Source of the DNA: Rebecca billardiae RCC1528
Lineage: Eukaryota > Protista > Haptophyta
Assembly: GCA_965240325.2 (NCBI GenBank)
Contig: OZ251254.1
Span: forward strand, 124,001 to 188,000
Direction: 5' to 3'
DNA length: 64,000 bases
Part shown: positions 63,311 through 64,000 of the stretch, in pieces
Layout of the letters: every line of letters begins with the position of its first letter
Numbering within the stretch: position 1 is the first letter of the stretch
The notes under the pieces: model-generated
Seen by the model: only the letters and a program-made list of their open reading frames with translations
Told to the model about the DNA's origin: nothing
Database searches by the model: none
Program-made: the position numbers and the translations under genes

Positions 63311-63987
63311 ACCTTGAGCAGCTCGCCGCTCACGTCAGCGCGCCCCTTCTCCTTCTTGAAGCGCCATGGCTGCATCAGCGCGTAGCGCTCGGCGTCGACG
63401 CTCACGCCGCCCTGCGCGTCCTGTGGCGCGTGCAGGCCGCCCTGCGCGTTGAGCGAGATCACGCCCACGCGCACGTGCGCGAACTGCTGGTACGCGCCGT
63501 CCGGATCGAGCCGATGCATCTCGGTGTGCTCGATCGAGAGCGAGTGCACCGTGTTGATCGCCGAGAGGTGCCGGTCCGTGCGCGCGCCGCCGAGCGCGTT
63601 CGCCCGCAGCGGCTTCGGGACGCGGCGCATGCCCAGGTTGAGCCACGTCGAGATGCGCTCGGGCTGGTACGAGCTCACGGTGCGCCGCGTGCGGTCCTTC
63701 TCTCGCGTCTCGTGCACGACGCCCTGGTCGTCGAGCGAGGTGAACATCGGCGAGTAGAGGGCGTCACGCGGGAACAGCGCCAGCTTGGCCTTGCGCAGCA
63801 GGTTGCCCTTCTTCCGGCTGCCCTTGATGGCGACGAAGTTGTTGACCTTGCGCTTGACCTCCGCCAGGTAGTTCTCGTTCGGCATGATCGAGTGGTCCAC
63901 CTCGCTCGCCGCCTCGCGCGCGCGCAGCATGAGCGTCTCGTGCTCAGCCGCCTTCTCCGCGGCCGCCGCGGCCATGCGCCGCCGCAC
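63247..63987 (-). CDS. Hypothetical protein or upstream exon of the transposase-like gene
   Basis: Coding-like composition; possible donor AAG|GTGTGC at 63312; may extend beyond the window. Confidence 0.55.
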   Translation of the reverse strand: MRRRMAAAAAEKAAEHETLMLRAREAASEVDHSIMPNENYLAEVKRKVNNFVAIKGSRKKGNLLRKAKLALFPRDALYSPMFTSLDDQGVVHETREKDRTRRTVSSYQPERISTWLNLGMRRVPKPLRANALGGARTDRHLSAINTVHSLSIEHTEMHRLDPDGAYQQFAHVRVGVISLNAQGGLHAPQDAQGGVSVDAERYALMQPWRFKKEKGRADVSGELLKVCAQGVSMRRGGGGAGGARRL

Positions 63988-64000
63988 AGATGCGGCAGAG

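Overview
Very GC-rich eukaryotic nuclear DNA. GC-rich GT-AG introns, a ciliary BBS8 gene and a ferredoxin with a bipartite signal+transit leader suggest a flagellated alga with a secondary plastid, probably a haptophyte (inference). Host genes: 3' part of a giant Ser-Pro/Cys-repeat surface protein, PhyH-like dioxygenase, ferredoxin, ZDHHC23-like acyltransferase, BBS8, F-box/RCC1 protein, homeodomain protein with a pure (CAG)135 tract, MINDY3-like deubiquitinase and an M6PR/ATG27-like receptor. Mobile DNA is abundant. Highlights: (1) a ~2.49-kb capsid-less element encoding a CRESS-type Rep (HUH + SF3 helicase), bounded by TA|CCAGGTGG...CCACCTGG|TA and present as four tandem copies that each carry the 3' end of the neighbouring host gene; (2) a young Copia element with TG...TA LTRs, a candidate -1 frameshift signal between protease and integrase, and no HHCC motif; (3) a 1236-bp palindromic TG...CA element built from three 96-bp hairpins with a 5-bp TSD; (4) long foldback elements, one with CACACTG termini amplified into minisatellites next to a Transib/RAG1-like transposase ORF. 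All calls come from reading the sequence by eye; no database searches were run.
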